A DNA stretch of 64,000 nt. Origin: Eledone cirrhosa. Taxonomy: Eukaryota. A model generated the notes under the pieces. It saw only the letters and a list, made by a program, of their open reading frames with translations, was not told the DNA's origin and made no database searches. Location: the NCBI GenBank assembly GCA_964016885.1, contig OZ024762.1:2976001-3040000 (forward strand). Reading direction: 5' to 3'. Positions 27,209 through 42,296 of this stretch are shown piece by piece. How positions within the stretch are numbered: position 1 is the stretch's first letter; each line of letters starts with the position of its first letter. Both the position numbers and the translations under genes were made by a program.

Positions 27209-28202
27209 AAAAAAAGCTGAAATCGAAAATGCAACTGGAGTCTTATTTTAAAACATATATATATATTTATTTGGTTCAACTGATCCCGTTAAGGGTGAAA
27301 GCAACGATTCTTTGCTTAAACTTTAATCTGTTATTTTAATAAATATTTGCTCTACGGTTCTTATATATTTGATATATATTCATCCTTATCAAGCCCCCTT
27401 TGGATTTTAGTCTTCAAATTTATTATTTATAATATCTCCGAAGAAGAGATATTATCTCGAAAATTAAGGACGTTTAAATAAATCTAAGGTAAAAGACTAA
27501 TTGTCAACAATATCTTTGGCATTTGCATTCTTTATTCTATGTCCATACCTGCATTGTTTTGGCTTTATTATACATATACACACGTTTACACCTCATTACA
27601 CAATGCTTCAAGTGAACTATAACTTCCTCCTTATTATTATTACTATATATTATATATATATATAATTTCTTTATGTATGATAAACATATAGCTGAGAGCT
27701 GGCCACCACACTTGAGGAAGGGAATTGGTAAAACCTCACAATTAATAAGTCACCGATCAAACCAGGAGGAAAAGTGATTAGCGTTAATGGAAACTGATTC
27801 GCTGGGGGCCACAACATCAATAATAAAGAAAGGAGAAAAAAGAAAAAAGAGAGAGAAAAGGAAAAAAGAAGAAAAAAAAGAGAAAAAATAAAAAATGAAA
27901 AATAATAAATGAATATTAATAAATAAGTTAGAATGAAGATGATAAAAAATAAGTAAAAAAAAATTTGTGTGTGTGAAGAAAAGTGAATATAATAGGATTG
28001 TTGAAAATAGTTGTTGACCATGCTATTCTTCCCACTTTCACTAATATTACTCCAAGATTAACCTGTATAGGAATTTCCGAGAACTCGCAACCTAACTAAG
28101 GAAACCTCCTGTTGAGTCAAACAACGCCGTATGTTAAAACTATCCTCAATACGGAGTATTCACAACTTCTAACTGGATTACCTATAACGATAATTTGTTA
28201 TC

Positions 28203-28268
<66 letters not shown>

Positions 28269-28345
28269 AGATAAATCTACCAAAATATACAGTAGTGTCC
28301 AATCCGTATGAAGAACTCAATGTAATCCAAATATCATGAAAAGAT

Positions 28346-28481
28346 TATTATTTCTGAAGACAGCATATATATGTGTAGGTATGTATATTTCCTCTGATAG
28401 TTTGTAAAATTTTTACATAGATCTATATGATATACATACCAACACACACATATATATCCTAGAAACGATCGTAAAATGATG
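28346..28481 (+). ncRNA. Hammerhead with extended stem II (family B)
   Basis: tattattt-CTGAAGA-(ggtatgtatat pairs with atatacatacc)-GAAA-cgatcg-TA-aaatgatg. Confidence 0.6.
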
Positions 28482-28530
28482 AATCTTTTAATATAAGGAA
28501 CTCTTTCTTTGTTTTTATTCATTGCTTTTA

Positions 28531-28571
<41 letters not shown>

Positions 28572-28648
28572 ATAATAATAAATTTGAAGACTAAAATCCA
28601 AAGAGGGCTCGATAAGGATAAATATATATCAAATATATTGACTTTGTT

Positions 28649-28699
28649 AGTTTCAGAAGATCCCGTTAAGGGTGAAAGCAGCGATTCTTTGCTTAAACT
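28649..28699 (+). ncRNA. Hammerhead with one core mutation (family C; partial copies about 17005-17105 and 27280-27420)
   Basis: agttt-CAGAAGA-tcccgttaagggt-GAAA-gca..tgc-TT-aaact. Confidence 0.6.
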
Positions 28700-28751
28700 T
28701 TAATCTGTTATTTTAATATATATATATATCCTTCTATATCTCTATATTTGC

Positions 28752-28809
<58 letters not shown>

Positions 28810-29178
28810 GGAAAATGTTTGACCCGACGGCAGAGCTCAAGCCGTTTCGACGGCTATTTCCTATTACCCACTCTACTACCCTAAGTATTGAGTACTCTGG
28901 TGTGTTATGGTCCATCTGGTTCCTTACCAAACCTCCTTCGTTATATATAATGTGAAAAAGATATCGTTTTTTAGACAAACAATATAAAAGATTGGAAATA
29001 TAGCTGGAGAAGTTAAAACACCTCAAAATACAGTAATTTATTATAGTAAACTGTACAAGAGGCTGTTTTATACTTCGTTGAAAGATTTTTTCCGACAATG
29101 TGTACAAAATCCTATTGCGTTAGAAATAATAATTACGTATGAAGCAAATTATTCATTAAAGTAAAAACATATTTGGTA

Positions 29179-29227
<49 letters not shown>

Positions 29228-30477
29228 AAGGGAAGGAGAGAGGGAGAAAGGGAAGGAGAGTGAAAGAGAGGCGAGAGACTTCCTTTTTGTTGCCATGGTA
29301 ACACCATCAAATATGTTCTAGTGTTATGGAGCCTCTTCAGCGAACAATCGCCAATTCAGAGTAATTATATATATACACACACACACACTTAGGACTCTAC
29401 AGGACTAGAACAGTTTCAATACTAAGAAATCATCGGCTGATTTCTTTCGAAATATACATACGTATATATACATATATACATATATATATATGCACAGAAA
29501 TATCCACGGTTAGTTGTGGGGTCAAGTCTGCATGAAGAACTCAATGTAATCCATATGTTGAAAATGTTGTAGGTTAAAATAAATCCCGGAAAACAATAAA
29601 ACATCAAAAGGAAAACAGAGTCATGATATAAGTTAAAACAATGAAATAAAAATTCAAGTCATTAGAAATATACTTCACTGATTTACAATCGTTTCTAGGT
29701 GATAATAATACTTCGTACGCATATTTCGTTATCGATCTATGTAGGGTTAGTTACAAAATATCAAATAAGGAATATATTTACCTACATGTATATCGTCAGC
29801 CGTTGTCAAAAGCAATGAAAATTCTATTCAAAATCAATAGTATATTGAGTTCTATGACTGTATTTGGAGGTAGCTGAAGAACAAACCAATCAAATGGTTT
29901 TTTGCCATATGATGTTAAGATGAAATATAACTCACTTTAGTTGAGGTCATGACCCTTTGAAAGGAAAGGTTGAATGGTGTTAAAATTAGAATTACTATAA
30001 AGAACCTATCAAGAAAAAGGAATTGTGATATTGATAGTGGAATGTAGATGGTGGAGTGAAGTTTAAAAAGGAATGTAAAAATTAAATGTTGAGTTGTGTT
30101 GTATGGAATTTTTAGGTGAATATAAATAAGTAAATATAAAATATACAGAAATAATTAGGATAAATATAGATAGGTAAACTAATGGTCATAACTAGGAAGG
30201 ATAGTACATTAAAAGATGAAAATTATAATAAGATAAGATAATATAATAATATAATATAATGTAATATAATATAGTGCAGTATGGTACATTGTATGTAGTA
30301 TAATATAGCGTACGATGCATCATAAAATATGAAATAGTAAATATTTTCAAGTGGGTCTATGTATAAGTAATCAAACTCAGATAAATGCATGTTGACATAT
30401 AGTCAAAACGCATAATTTTCTTAGATCACAAAAGTACATATACTCACATATATAGATAGAGGTATACCCAGGATACC

Positions 30478-30800
30478 CAGGTCCATCTCTTCTCTTTTTT
30501 CTTCCTTAATAGGCTGTTTCCGATGTAGAGCCGTCTCGCCTCCGCCATGGTGACCAGACGCTCTCCTCTCTCATTTCGCTCTCCTAGGCTGAATCTTCCG
30601 ACATACTCTTCCCCTTGCCGTCCTTGTCCGACCTTTGCGTTGAAGTCTCCCATTACGACGGTGTAAGTGGACTTCTCAGCTAGCACTTTGTCTAGCTGGC
30701 GATAGAATTCTTCCACCTCATCGTCGGCGCAGTCACTTGTGGGAGCGTAGGTCTGGACGATCTTGAGGGTGGCCTTCCCTGAGAGGTTCACGTTTAGTAC
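30478..30800 (-). mobile_element. LINE apurinic-like endonuclease fragment (RTE-type)
   Basis: IVQTYAPTSD..EEFY..VMGDFNAKVG..GERNERGERL..RWTW. Confidence 0.85.
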
Positions 30801-31319
30801 ACCAATCCGTGATGATATGAACTGGCAAGAAGCATTGCTTGATCTTCTCGTGCTCTATGCGTCTGTACTCAAAATTATAGACCCCATCATTCACCATTCT
30901 ACGCCAAGTTGCTCTTTCAAGAGCTTCTATCTCCCAGTCAGCCATCATCAAACCATAAATATATATATAAACAGTGAGTTAGAGACTTTGTTGATATGCA
31001 ATCCTGAAATATATATAACGAAACAAATAATGATGCTATAGTCTTATATATTCAGGTTTATTACTATTATGTAAGTATGTATCTATGTTCTTCTGGTTTT
31101 ATAATTTCACAAATGTTTACCAATAGAGAGAGAGTCGGTTTCTAACATAGACACAAGACTCTCTCATTGGAATTTACACAACATCAACTAGGTAGATATG
31201 TATACATGTCTGCATGCATGTGTAGATATTGATGTTATTGTATGTCTGTATTTGTATGTTTTGAGTTGTATGTGTGCATGTGTATATGCTTTCTATCTGT
31301 ACATGTGTATATGCAGTGA

Positions 31320-32717
31320 TTAGGTGCAACATTTTTGGAATGTTTTACATTTTTTTACTGTTCCCTTAATGGATTGTACTTGTAATTTCCTAACTAGTTG
31401 TGTTCTTTCTGTTCCTGTGAAACCTAGCTTCTCAAGATTTGTATTGAGGCAGTTAATAACATACCCCAGTGCCCCAATAATCACAGGCATACAGCTGAAG
31501 TTGTAATCAGGGTGGAGTATCTGCAGATTTCTCATCAGTTCTGCGTAAATATTCTCCTTTTCGCTAATCTTTGATATTATATTGCCATCTGCTGGACAGC
31601 TAACTTGCACTACTGTGCATGTTTTCTTCTCCCTGTCCCATATCATAATATCTGGTCTGTTATGCCTGCATTTTATTGGAGTTTTTACTGGAACATTCCA
31701 ACTGTACTCTTTCATATTATGTACATGTATGTCTTCCACATTGCTGTAGCTTTTAATGTGTTTATTATCGGGGCTATCTTTTCTACGGATTGCATTGTAC
31801 AGTGTTTTGGCCACTACAACATGCCTCATAGGTAGATAGTACCGCGATGACATCTTTGGACAGCTGCTGATGACATTGGTGACATCTTCGATGTTAATTC
31901 TGCAGAGTCTGCACTTGTTATGACATCTAGGTGTTTTGCCTGCATCCCTATCTCTTTTGTGAATCAGGTATTTCGTGTTAATTTCCTGTTCTTGGATTGC
32001 AAAAGCGTATCCTTCAAAGTGGGAGCCAATATAGCGGTTGTTAGTCCAAGATAGACTACTTTCCTTATCTATAATACTCTCACTCTGGAGCTTCCCGGCA
32101 ACATATCCATGCATGATTTTTTGCTGATAAGCATGCAGTTTTTCATGAATGGATTCACTGCGATACTGCTGAGCCACTTCCCTGGGTGTGAGTTTTTGAT
32201 TACCACACAGGGAACATCTCTCGAGGAGTTCCTTCCCATCTTTCATGATCTTATCTGTTTCATGCAGATAGACTTGCTCGAGAGACGGGCTCCTACGCTT
32301 CGAGGTTCGTAGATGTTGTCGGATGGATATGATGCGACATTCAAATTCTGTCTGGACTGATGTCAGGCCGCTGCCTCCCTGCTTATAATTAATAATATTT
32401 ATCTTATTTTTACGTTCAAAAAACGCCGCTTGTTGGCGTAATTGTTTCGCTGTGAAATAATTTAGCTCTGGGTGCATTTCTGTCCCAGTGTAGCTTCATT
32501 CTGTTCATATAGCCAATGGAGGGATTGTTTTTTGCCATTTTATAACAATTAAATAAATCATTATTAAATTCGCAACTCCAAGAGAAATGCGATTTATAAT
32601 TTCGGTTTCTTCTGCAGCTACAACTGAATAAAGTTTGTTTACCTTCCTTGTTATTTGTCTTCGGTACTTCCTTAATTTTGTTGTTCGTGTTGTGTTCAGC
32701 CATGCTGTTTGTAGCAA
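31320..32717 (-). mobile_element. Internally deleted R4/Dong-like element (N-terminal region fused to thumb/CCHC/RLE)
   Basis: QGGSGL, AIQEQEINT, CRLCRINIEDVTNVISSC, RH, HNRPDIMIWD..VSCP, PVIIGALG. No RT core. Confidence 0.8.
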
Positions 32718-33331
32718 ATCCTTGTAAAATGAATTATGTATTTAGTCAGATATCTCTACGAATTCGAATAATAGGTGTCTTCAGAAGATATAGTTAGAAG
32801 AATAACCAGTTATTCTACATGACTGTAGTTGTGGAATTACTGTCAGAGATAGTATTCATCTTAAATTTAATAAATAGTCTCCCACGCCAAAATATCGACT
32901 GATCGCGTTGACTGTCTAGTATGTATGTACGTATGTATGTATGTATGTATGTGTGTATTTATGTCGGGTCACTCTTGAGTGCTACTGGTAACATGTAACC
33001 CAGTACAACCTGTCGCATGGTCGAGTCGTCGGCGACTAAACCGGCAACCCCACCAAGTTTATTTGGTGAGGAGGGTCATTTTGGACACCCTGCAGGACAA
33101 AAAAACAAAACCTGACAAAGGGCGGAAGAACTCATAAGAGTCAACGGCCATCTGAAAGTGTGTAAATATGTATATAGACATGTACCGCGCGGTTAAACCA
33201 CTGGGAGTGAATAACGGAGTTTTAAGTAAACTTCAATCAACTGAATATGGCCTCCGATCTTTTATTAATATATATATATCCCTACCATATACTGTACCGA
33301 TTGTGTTGTTATTTCTGTTTACCTTTTACAT

Positions 33332-33384
<53 letters not shown>

Positions 33385-33748
33385 AATATATATATAAATA
33401 TATATCTAAAGTCTGTCTGAAGCCAGAAGCCTCATTTGCCCGATGCTTATCCCGGATTCATGGCGTGAAGCGACTGAGACTACAAGACTCCCCCCTGGAC
33501 AGGACGCCAGTCCATCGCAGGGTTAAACCTCCAGCTATTGCTGGTACCCATTTCCAGCTGAGTATACTGGAGCAACGTGAAATGAAGAGTTTTGCTCAAG
33601 AACACAACACAACCCAGGAATCGAACCCACGACATTATGATCGTAAGTCCAACAACCTTACCACTAGGTCACGTGCCTCCACACACACACAGATATATAT
33701 ATATACATATATATACGTGCCTATATATACACACACACACATTCACAT

Positions 33749-33780
<32 letters not shown>

Positions 33781-33818
33781 ATATATATATTTATATATAC
33801 ACACACACACACTCACAT

Positions 33819-33859
<41 letters not shown>

Positions 33860-33911
33860 TTTATTTATATGTATATATATAAAATTATATGTATACACAC
33901 ACACTCGCATT

Positions 33912-33945
<34 letters not shown>

Positions 33946-33947
33946 TT

Positions 33948-33979
<32 letters not shown>

Positions 33980-34025
33980 TTTATATGTATATATATAAAA
34001 TAATATGTATACACACACTCACATT

Positions 34026-34057
<32 letters not shown>

Positions 34058-34087
34058 AAATTATATATATACACACACACTCACATT

Positions 34088-34200
<113 letters not shown>

Positions 34201-34660
34201 CATATATCATGTATTATCTATGTCAGCTTAAGGAGCTAAAAATAGACGTCACATAATGACCAGATATATAATCTATGATACATGGAAGGCATCAAAAACA
34301 GAAACTAAGTAAGATAAGAGGGACGGAACAGGTTTTTTGTATCTCTCCGTGTCGTAAAAGTTTCAAGTTCTCTTTGCATCATTATTCATTTTGCAAGAGG
34401 CGGTCCTATTTACCTGTACATAAAAAAACTATCAGTCTTTTATTGTAGAAGCTATGTCATTACTTTTACATCGATGAATCGATAGATAAGGTATTTTTCT
34501 CCGTTTCGTTTATGTATATGTGCGAATGTATGTGTGTATGTGTGAATGTAAGGATGTGCGTTTGTTATGTAAGTGTCCATGTGTGTGTGTGTGTGTGCGG
34601 CGGGGGGTATGTGTGTGTCTGTATATATGTACGTGTGTTTTATATAAATATCTATATGTC

Positions 34661-34808
<148 letters not shown>

Positions 34809-34819
34809 TATATATATAT

Positions 34820-34990
<171 letters not shown>

Positions 34991-35093
34991 TCCTGCTGAC
35001 AACATCAAAATATTCCTAACAAGCTCATATGTCCCAAGGCTCTGATACCATCAACACTATACACACAGAGCTGGCATATCTAAGAACTGACTA

Positions 35094-35149
35094 ACTGCCT
35101 GATGAGGTCATAGCCATTCAATGGCTATCATCGAAATATATATAGCAGT
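35094..35149 (+). ncRNA. Canonical minimal type I hammerhead ribozyme
   Basis: actgc-CTGATGA-ggtcatagccat/tca/atggctatcatc-GAAA-tatata-TA-gcagt, followed by AATAAA. Lies in a roughly 200-bp island between (TA)n tracts. Confidence 0.88.
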
Positions 35150-35190
35150 AAATAAAGGATTATGAGTTCATGCAATTGACTTATGTTTCG

Positions 35191-35258
<68 letters not shown>

Positions 35259-35397
35259 TACACTGGTGTGTATGATTGTGTATAGAAGATTATATTAATA
35301 AAAGGAATTCCAACTTCGTTTTATTTACAATCCTTTAAAATTTATAATGGTATTAGAATGAAATAGTATGGTAGAATATTAAATGTTAAGTGTTAAT

Positions 35398-35436
35398 TGA
35401 ACAAGTACTTTCATGCTTTCGCAATCTTCAGGATCA
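35398..35436 (-). ncRNA. Minimal hammerhead at the inner end of inverted repeat about 35295-35629
   Basis: Reverse complement tgatc-CTGAAGA-ttgc/gaaa/gcat-GAAA-gtac-TT-gttca. Confidence 0.7.
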
Positions 35437-36220
35437 TATTCTGTGGTGACAGTCAAGTTTTCAATTTTTAACTCTGAAAGTTGAAAATTGAAAACTTGAC
35501 TGTACTTGTTCAATTAACACTTAACATTTAATATTCTACCATACTATTTCATTCTAATACCATTATAAATTTTAAAGGATTGTAAATAAAACGAGTAAAT
35601 CAGACAAAGTTGGAATTCCTTTTATTAAATCCCCTAAACGGAAAAGGATGATTATTGACGTACATGGAGTCGAACCCACATCTTTGGTTATCCAGACCAC
35701 TGTGCTACCATTACACTAATACATGACCCATCCCTTTACATTTAAATTAGAAGCTATATATTTCTAACAAAGCAAGCGATTTGGTTTTGAAGACAGCGAG
35801 TGGAGTTAGAAATAGAAGCTTTCGCCTTATTTTGAGTAAAGAAAATCAGCCTAATGGTGGGGTTTAAAACCCTGTAAATGGAAAAATTGGTGTAATGATA
35901 GCACATTGGTCCGGATAACCGAAGATGTGGGTTCGACTCCCACGTACGTCGATACTCATCCTTACAATGGAGCTAGAGCATCATTGTAATATCTCGAATG
36001 ATTGGTGAAGATATGCGCATTAACTGATAAATTTGAATCCTCTTACTACTTTCAATATCATCTTCCATATATGGTAGCTGGAAACTATTCGACTATTCTA
36101 AAACGAATGTTTGTCTCCTGAATTTTTCGTACCTAGAATGTATTGTTGTTCCGCATAATGACGTCATTCTCCTTATATTTCACTTGCACTGAAAGCAGAA
36201 GTTTTTTTGCTTAACTTCTG

Positions 36221-36630
36221 TACTACTACTACTACTACTACTACTACTGCTGCTGCTGCTACTACTACTACTACTACTACTACTACTGCTGCTGCTGCTA
36301 CTGCTGCTACTAAAACTACTACTGCTGCTACTACTACTGCTGCTACTACTACTACTGCTACTACTACTACTGCTACTACTACTACTAGTACTACTACTAC
36401 TACTGCTGCTACTGCTGTTGCTACTACTACTACTACTACTGCTACTACTGCTACTACTACTACTACTACTACTACTGCTACTGCTACTACAGATACTACT
36501 ACTGATACTGCTACTGCTACTACTACTGCTACTACTACTACTGCTACTACTACTACTGTTACTACTACTACTACAGCTACTACTACTGCTGCTGCTACTA
36601 CTACTACTACTACTACTACTACTGCTGCCG

Positions 36631-36662
<32 letters not shown>

Positions 36663-36920
36663 GCTGCTACTGCTACTGCTACTACTACTACTACTACTAC
36701 TACTGCTACTACTACTACTACTACTGCCGCTACTACTACTACTACTACTACTACCACTACTACTACTACTACTACTGCTGCTACTACTTCTTCTACTACT
36801 ACTACTGCTGCTACTGCTACTACTACTACTACTATTACTACTACTATTACTATTACTACTACTATTACTACTACTATTACTACTACTACTAACACTACAA
36901 GAAGAACTACTACTACTAAT
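36221..36920. repeat. (ACT/GCT)n trinucleotide tract
   Basis: Direct inspection. Confidence 0.97.
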
Positions 36921-36926
36921 AATGAT

Positions 36927-37305
36927 AATGTTTCTACTTTTGGCACAAGGCCAGCAATTATCCCAGTACATTACTGGTACTTTATTTTATCGACCTTGTA
37001 AGGATGAATGGCAAAGTTAACCTCGGCGGGTATTGAGCTCAGAAAGTAAAGGGTCACAACTCTATGCTGCAAAGCATGGTGTCTCTGACGCTCTACAGAT
37101 TCTGCCAAACCACAGGCAGAAGGCGAGCAATCTTGGAAGAGGGGAAAGTCGATTAAATCGACCCCAGTGCGTGACTGGTACTTTATTTTATCGACCCCGT
37201 AAAGATGAAAGGCAAAGTTAAGCTCGGCGGGATTTGAACTCAGAGCATAACGGGCCGTAACTCTATGCTGCAAAGCATAGCGTCCGACTCTCTACTGATA
37301 CTGCT
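36927..37305 (-). mobile_element. Two SINE family 1 copies
   Basis: Same core sequence. Confidence 0.85.
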
Positions 37306-38256
37306 AATAATAATAATTGTATATATATATATATATATTTAAAATACAACACCAAAAAGGTACACACACACGCATATAAACAACCATATGCATATATATA
37401 TATATACTTACTGCTGCATTAGTGCGGCAGAAACTCGAGTCCGGGAACCTCATAGGCACCCGTTTTACGTGTTTGTGTTGAAGCAAATAACTTTGTGTAT
37501 ACTCTGGGAATGTACCTTACATTACCTATTGAGTGCGCTGAGATACACCCGGTCCTGGCATTGATAAATATGCTGGGTCCGTCAACCCTTATTATATATA
37601 TATATGTATATATATGTATATGTATATATATGTATATATATGTATATATATATATATGGATATGTATATATATATATATATGGATATGTATATATATGTA
37701 TATATATATATATGTATATATATATATGTGTATGTATACATATATATGTATATATGTATATGTATATATGTATATGTATGTATATGTATATGTATGTATA
37801 TATGTGTGGATATATATATATATATATATATCTTCCGGGAGAGATGACCCCTTAGCCTTTGTCAAGGCAGAATTCTAGGAGAAGAAAAACTCTGATATAA
37901 CACCTGCAACTCTGATGGTATCCAATGATGTTGACTTGTTCTTCTTTTTGGTAAATATCATCTTGGTTAAGAGAGTGGGACTGGCTTTGTGCAGTGCCTT
38001 TGCTCACTATAAAAGCTTCACGGCACAGGCATTGCTTTATATCTGGAGATCTCTCTGCACTTGTCGTCACATGGTACCATGGGCCCTGCACTATGTGTCA
38101 ATAATTGTCACAAGTGTAGTGTTTGTACCAGAGTTTTCAAGTCGCTGGCTGGACTAAAAAGTCGCATTCGTTCAGCGCATCAGTAGGGGTTCTCCTACAT
38201 GGATATAAAGTAGTGGCCGTACTCGAAAACGAGTTGGCAGCCACCATATATATATG

Positions 38257-38292
<36 letters not shown>

Positions 38293-38828
38293 TAAATGTG
38301 TGTATGTGTACGTGTGTGTATGCCCGCGTGCGTGTGCATGTATTCTTATCTAATAATACAAAGTGACAAGAGATGGCGGCGAGACAGAATTCTAAAAGCC
38401 TCTAATGTCCACTGTACAAAACGTATTTACAAATGTTATTGTTCAGCGAAGCTGAATGAGAATTGCTGCGTTAGCTCTTATTTATTAGTTATTTTATGTG
38501 GCGAGCGATTGAACGTATACAATTGTCTACCACGTATTTTAATCAGCCACCATTATATATTACTAACCCTTTGTTCTCTCTATGTAAACGGTATGGGGCA
38601 GATCTGGAAGAGTCTGTGAGTTCAATCAAAATAAACAGTTACGTAGTATATTTATGTTTGCGTCTTTTTTTTTACATTTACAGTTGAATGATTGAAGATG
38701 TTAACTTGTTCAGTTCATAAATGAAAATAAATAAATAATGATAATAAATAGATAAATAAATAAATAAATAATGTGTCCGTACGACAGGTTTTTGTTTGTG
38801 CCCCTCCTTTGTTTTTTTCTCTCCTATA

Positions 38829-38870
38829 CCATCTGAGGAGGTCACAGAATATGTGACGAAAGAGCTTTGG
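38829..38870 (+). ncRNA. Minimal hammerhead (family D)
   Basis: cca-t-CTGAGGA-g-gtcaca/gaata/tgtgac-GAAA-gagc-TT-tgg. Downstream sequence is shared with the 57347 copy. Confidence 0.65.
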
Positions 38871-39074
38871 CAATATATGAACAAACATCCGGTTATCGAA
38901 CCAACCAACCGAACGGAAATTTATAATAAATTGAAGCATAATACAACGGGTGCGTGTGTTTTTATTGGCAGCATGACCCTCCCAAAGAATGACAATATAT
39001 ATGTGTGTGTGTGTGTCACAGATTTGCTTATAACCCCATATGGGAGCAAAGATTGGGAACACAGAGGATGATGC

Positions 39075-39541
39075 GGTTCAGAGGAAGACCAAAGTGGTTC
39101 AGAGTCGGACCTTCGTAAAGACCTGAAGATCCGTCTCTTCGTTGCTGTAGTGGAGTCTGTGCTGCTGTACGGGTCTGAGACTTGGACACTGACCAAGAAA
39201 CTCACTCAGAAGGGGGATGGGTGCTACACGAGAATGCTGAGGATGGCTCTGAACATTAATCAGTATACACTGAGGATTAAGAACTCAGAGCTGTATGGGA
39301 GCCTCCCAAAAGTCAGCACGAAAATAACACCGAGGAGACTGAGGTTGGCTGGACATGCTCACCGACATCCAGAGTTGACACTGAACTCGCACACTAGAAG
39401 CGGGAGATGAGGCTAACGTATGTTGATGCCCTAAGTACAGACACAGATCTCTTGAAGACGCAGGACATGGCAGCGATGATGAAGGACAGAGAGTGCTGGA
39501 GATAACACGTCCATGGATCTCGGGAATTTCACCCGCCCTAG
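39075..39541 (+). mobile_element. RTE-clade LINE 3' fragment
   Basis: VESVLLYGSETWTLTK..DGCYTRMLRMALNI..RRLRLAGHAHRH. Confidence 0.85.
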
Positions 39542-39677
39542 ATATATATACATATAATTGCTGTTAGATGCTTAAAGGGTCCGTATGCGGTAGGCCGTAT
39601 GAGCAATCGATCATCTCATAGAGCAGAGTATGATATCACATAAAAGTGATATCATACTCTGCGACGAATGGAATTTG

Positions 39678-39773
39678 GGTATATTACAATCGTTTCTCTG
39701 GCGACCAGCTCGAGGCACGATCGATGTGATGATCGAACCTTACTCTGAAAATCGCAAGGTCCTCAGATACGTC
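39678..39773 (-). ncRNA. Hammerhead with extended stem II, overlapping inverted repeat 39660-39716/39819-39876
   Basis: Reverse complement gacgtat-CTGAGGA..GAAA-cgattg-TA-atatacc. The inverted arm reads atatgtc, which fully pairs with gacgtat (one G-U pair). Confidence 0.6.
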
Positions 39774-39897
39774 TTGATTCTACGAAGCAGATATCCCTAT
39801 GGAACCCTGACCCTAACCCTCGAGCTGGTCGCCAGAGAAACGATTGTAATATGTCCAATAAATTTCATTCGTCGCAACACTGATTCTCTTTTTTTCT

Positions 39898-39960
<63 letters not shown>

Positions 39961-40868
39961 ATAAAATTAAGTATGTGTGTCTGTGTATTACCTATAGGGG
40001 CCTACATCTTACGACCGATTTCTATGAAACTTTACAGGCTCATAGATTAGTCATCGGGGAGTGTTTTCTATATATCAGCGTATCGTTTTTTTTTTATTCC
40101 GGCGTCATTCTGCAGATAAAAATTGATAGGGGGGCGGTCACTTTTTTTAGGTATCGAAAAATAAGATTTTTGGCTCTAGCTCCCACATTTTGCCACCAAT
40201 TTCGTTCAGATTTTAAAGCAAAATAGAATTTATCATTCCACATCCTGTAATTGCATTATATTTTGCATTTGTTGTTCAGGGACGGCATGGCAGTCGCTTA
40301 AATATTAAAATATACCACTTTTAGACCCAAATTTCCACTTTTTCTGCTCTAGCTCCCACATTAATCAACCTACTTTGTTCAAATTTTACACTACGCTAGA
40401 TCTGATTATTTTACGTCTTAAAGTGGCTTTAATATTCGCTTAAATATTCGAAAATACCACTTAGTATTAGTACTAACCAAAGTTATATTGAATATATGTT
40501 TGTAACACGTGAAAACAGTTGAGATTAGGGTAAATTACTTTACAAAATAAATTGAATAAAATTCTACGCGTTGGATTTGACAAACGAAAAATCTGGAACA
40601 CTCTTCAAAATTTGTTTAACAAGTAATGCTAAAGATATTAACAAAGAATAACAAATAAAAATAGAACGGTAACTTAAGAGACACAGTAATACTTTTAAAT
40701 TAATTTAAGAACTTACGTTTTGCTAACATGAGTATATATGGATATGAATATACATTATGTATATATACGCGTATATATTTATATGTGAATATATATATAT
40801 ATATATGTATATAAATATATATATATATATATGTATATAAATATATATATATATAAATGTATATAAAC

Positions 40869-40899
<31 letters not shown>

Positions 40900-41050
40900 A
40901 TATATATAAATGTATATATACATATATACACACTCACAAACACAAATATATATATACACATAAACATAGATATACACTTAAGTAAGCAAAACGTAATTTC
41001 TAAAATGAATACACACCGAGACACACACACACATATATACACACACACAC

Positions 41051-41082
<32 letters not shown>

Positions 41083-41095
41083 GTATATATATATG

Positions 41096-41129
<34 letters not shown>

Positions 41130-41165
41130 TGTATATATATGTATATATATATATATATATGTATA

Positions 41166-41214
<49 letters not shown>

Positions 41215-41383
41215 GTATATATATATATATGTGTATATATATATGTGTATATATATATATGTATATATATATGTATATATATATATGTATATATATATAT
41301 ATGTGTATATATATATGTGTATATATATATATGTATATATATATGTGTATATATATATGTATATATATATATATATATGTATA

Positions 41384-41432
<49 letters not shown>

Positions 41433-41487
41433 GTATATATATATATGTATGTATATATATATATGTATGTATATATATATATGTATG

Positions 41488-41523
<36 letters not shown>

Positions 41524-41549
41524 TATGTATGTATATATATATATGTATG

Positions 41550-41606
<57 letters not shown>

Positions 41607-41856
41607 GAATATATATATATATATACACATACTAACAACCAACTTTCATTAAAACAGTTTTAATCATAGTCGTTTTTGGTATGATGTGTGAGTCTCCTTT
41701 GAGATTTGATTGTAGAGTACCCCTTTTGATTTATATATATATGTATATATACACGTACCCACACACACACACACATACATGCATACATACATATATACAT
41801 ATATATACACACACACATACATATATACATATATACACACACATGCATAGATATAT

Positions 41857-41934
<78 letters not shown>

Positions 41935-42216
41935 GGAAAAGAATGAAACAAAATTTCATTTCTCACTCTTAGTACGGCTGATACCTAAATATAAGTATGT
42001 ATACGTACATACATATATGTATACAGACGTACATACATATATGTGTACAGACGTACAGTAGTGTGTATATACATACATGCACACATATAAATATGTACGT
42101 ATGGGTTTACCGAACATTTATGATAATGCTCGGTTTGTTTGTAAACAAACAGCCCGAATTACGCCGTACAGTGCTCGACAACCATCGTCGCCCTTTTGTT
42201 CAACACTGAAACAGGA

Positions 42217-42259
42217 ACGATGTACTATTTTCAAGCTTATTAGCTATCGTCAGCATCGT
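42217..42259 (-). ncRNA. Minimal type I hammerhead ribozyme (same family as 11557)
   Basis: Reverse complement acgatg-CTGACGA-tagctaataagctt-GAAA-atag-TA-catcgt. Perfect 6-bp stem I. Confidence 0.75.
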
Positions 42260-42296
42260 ATACCCTTCTGTCAGATGATTGAACGATGATTGAACA

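Noticed and set aside
36173-37020. Poly-Thr/Ser/Val/Leu ORFs resembling a mucin or antifreeze protein
   Set aside because: A trinucleotide tract open in several frames that runs into a SINE; no unique coding context.
39960-40450. Possible Helitron/Helentron-associated non-autonomous element
   Set aside because: Only a vague motif resemblance; no termini or second copy in the window.
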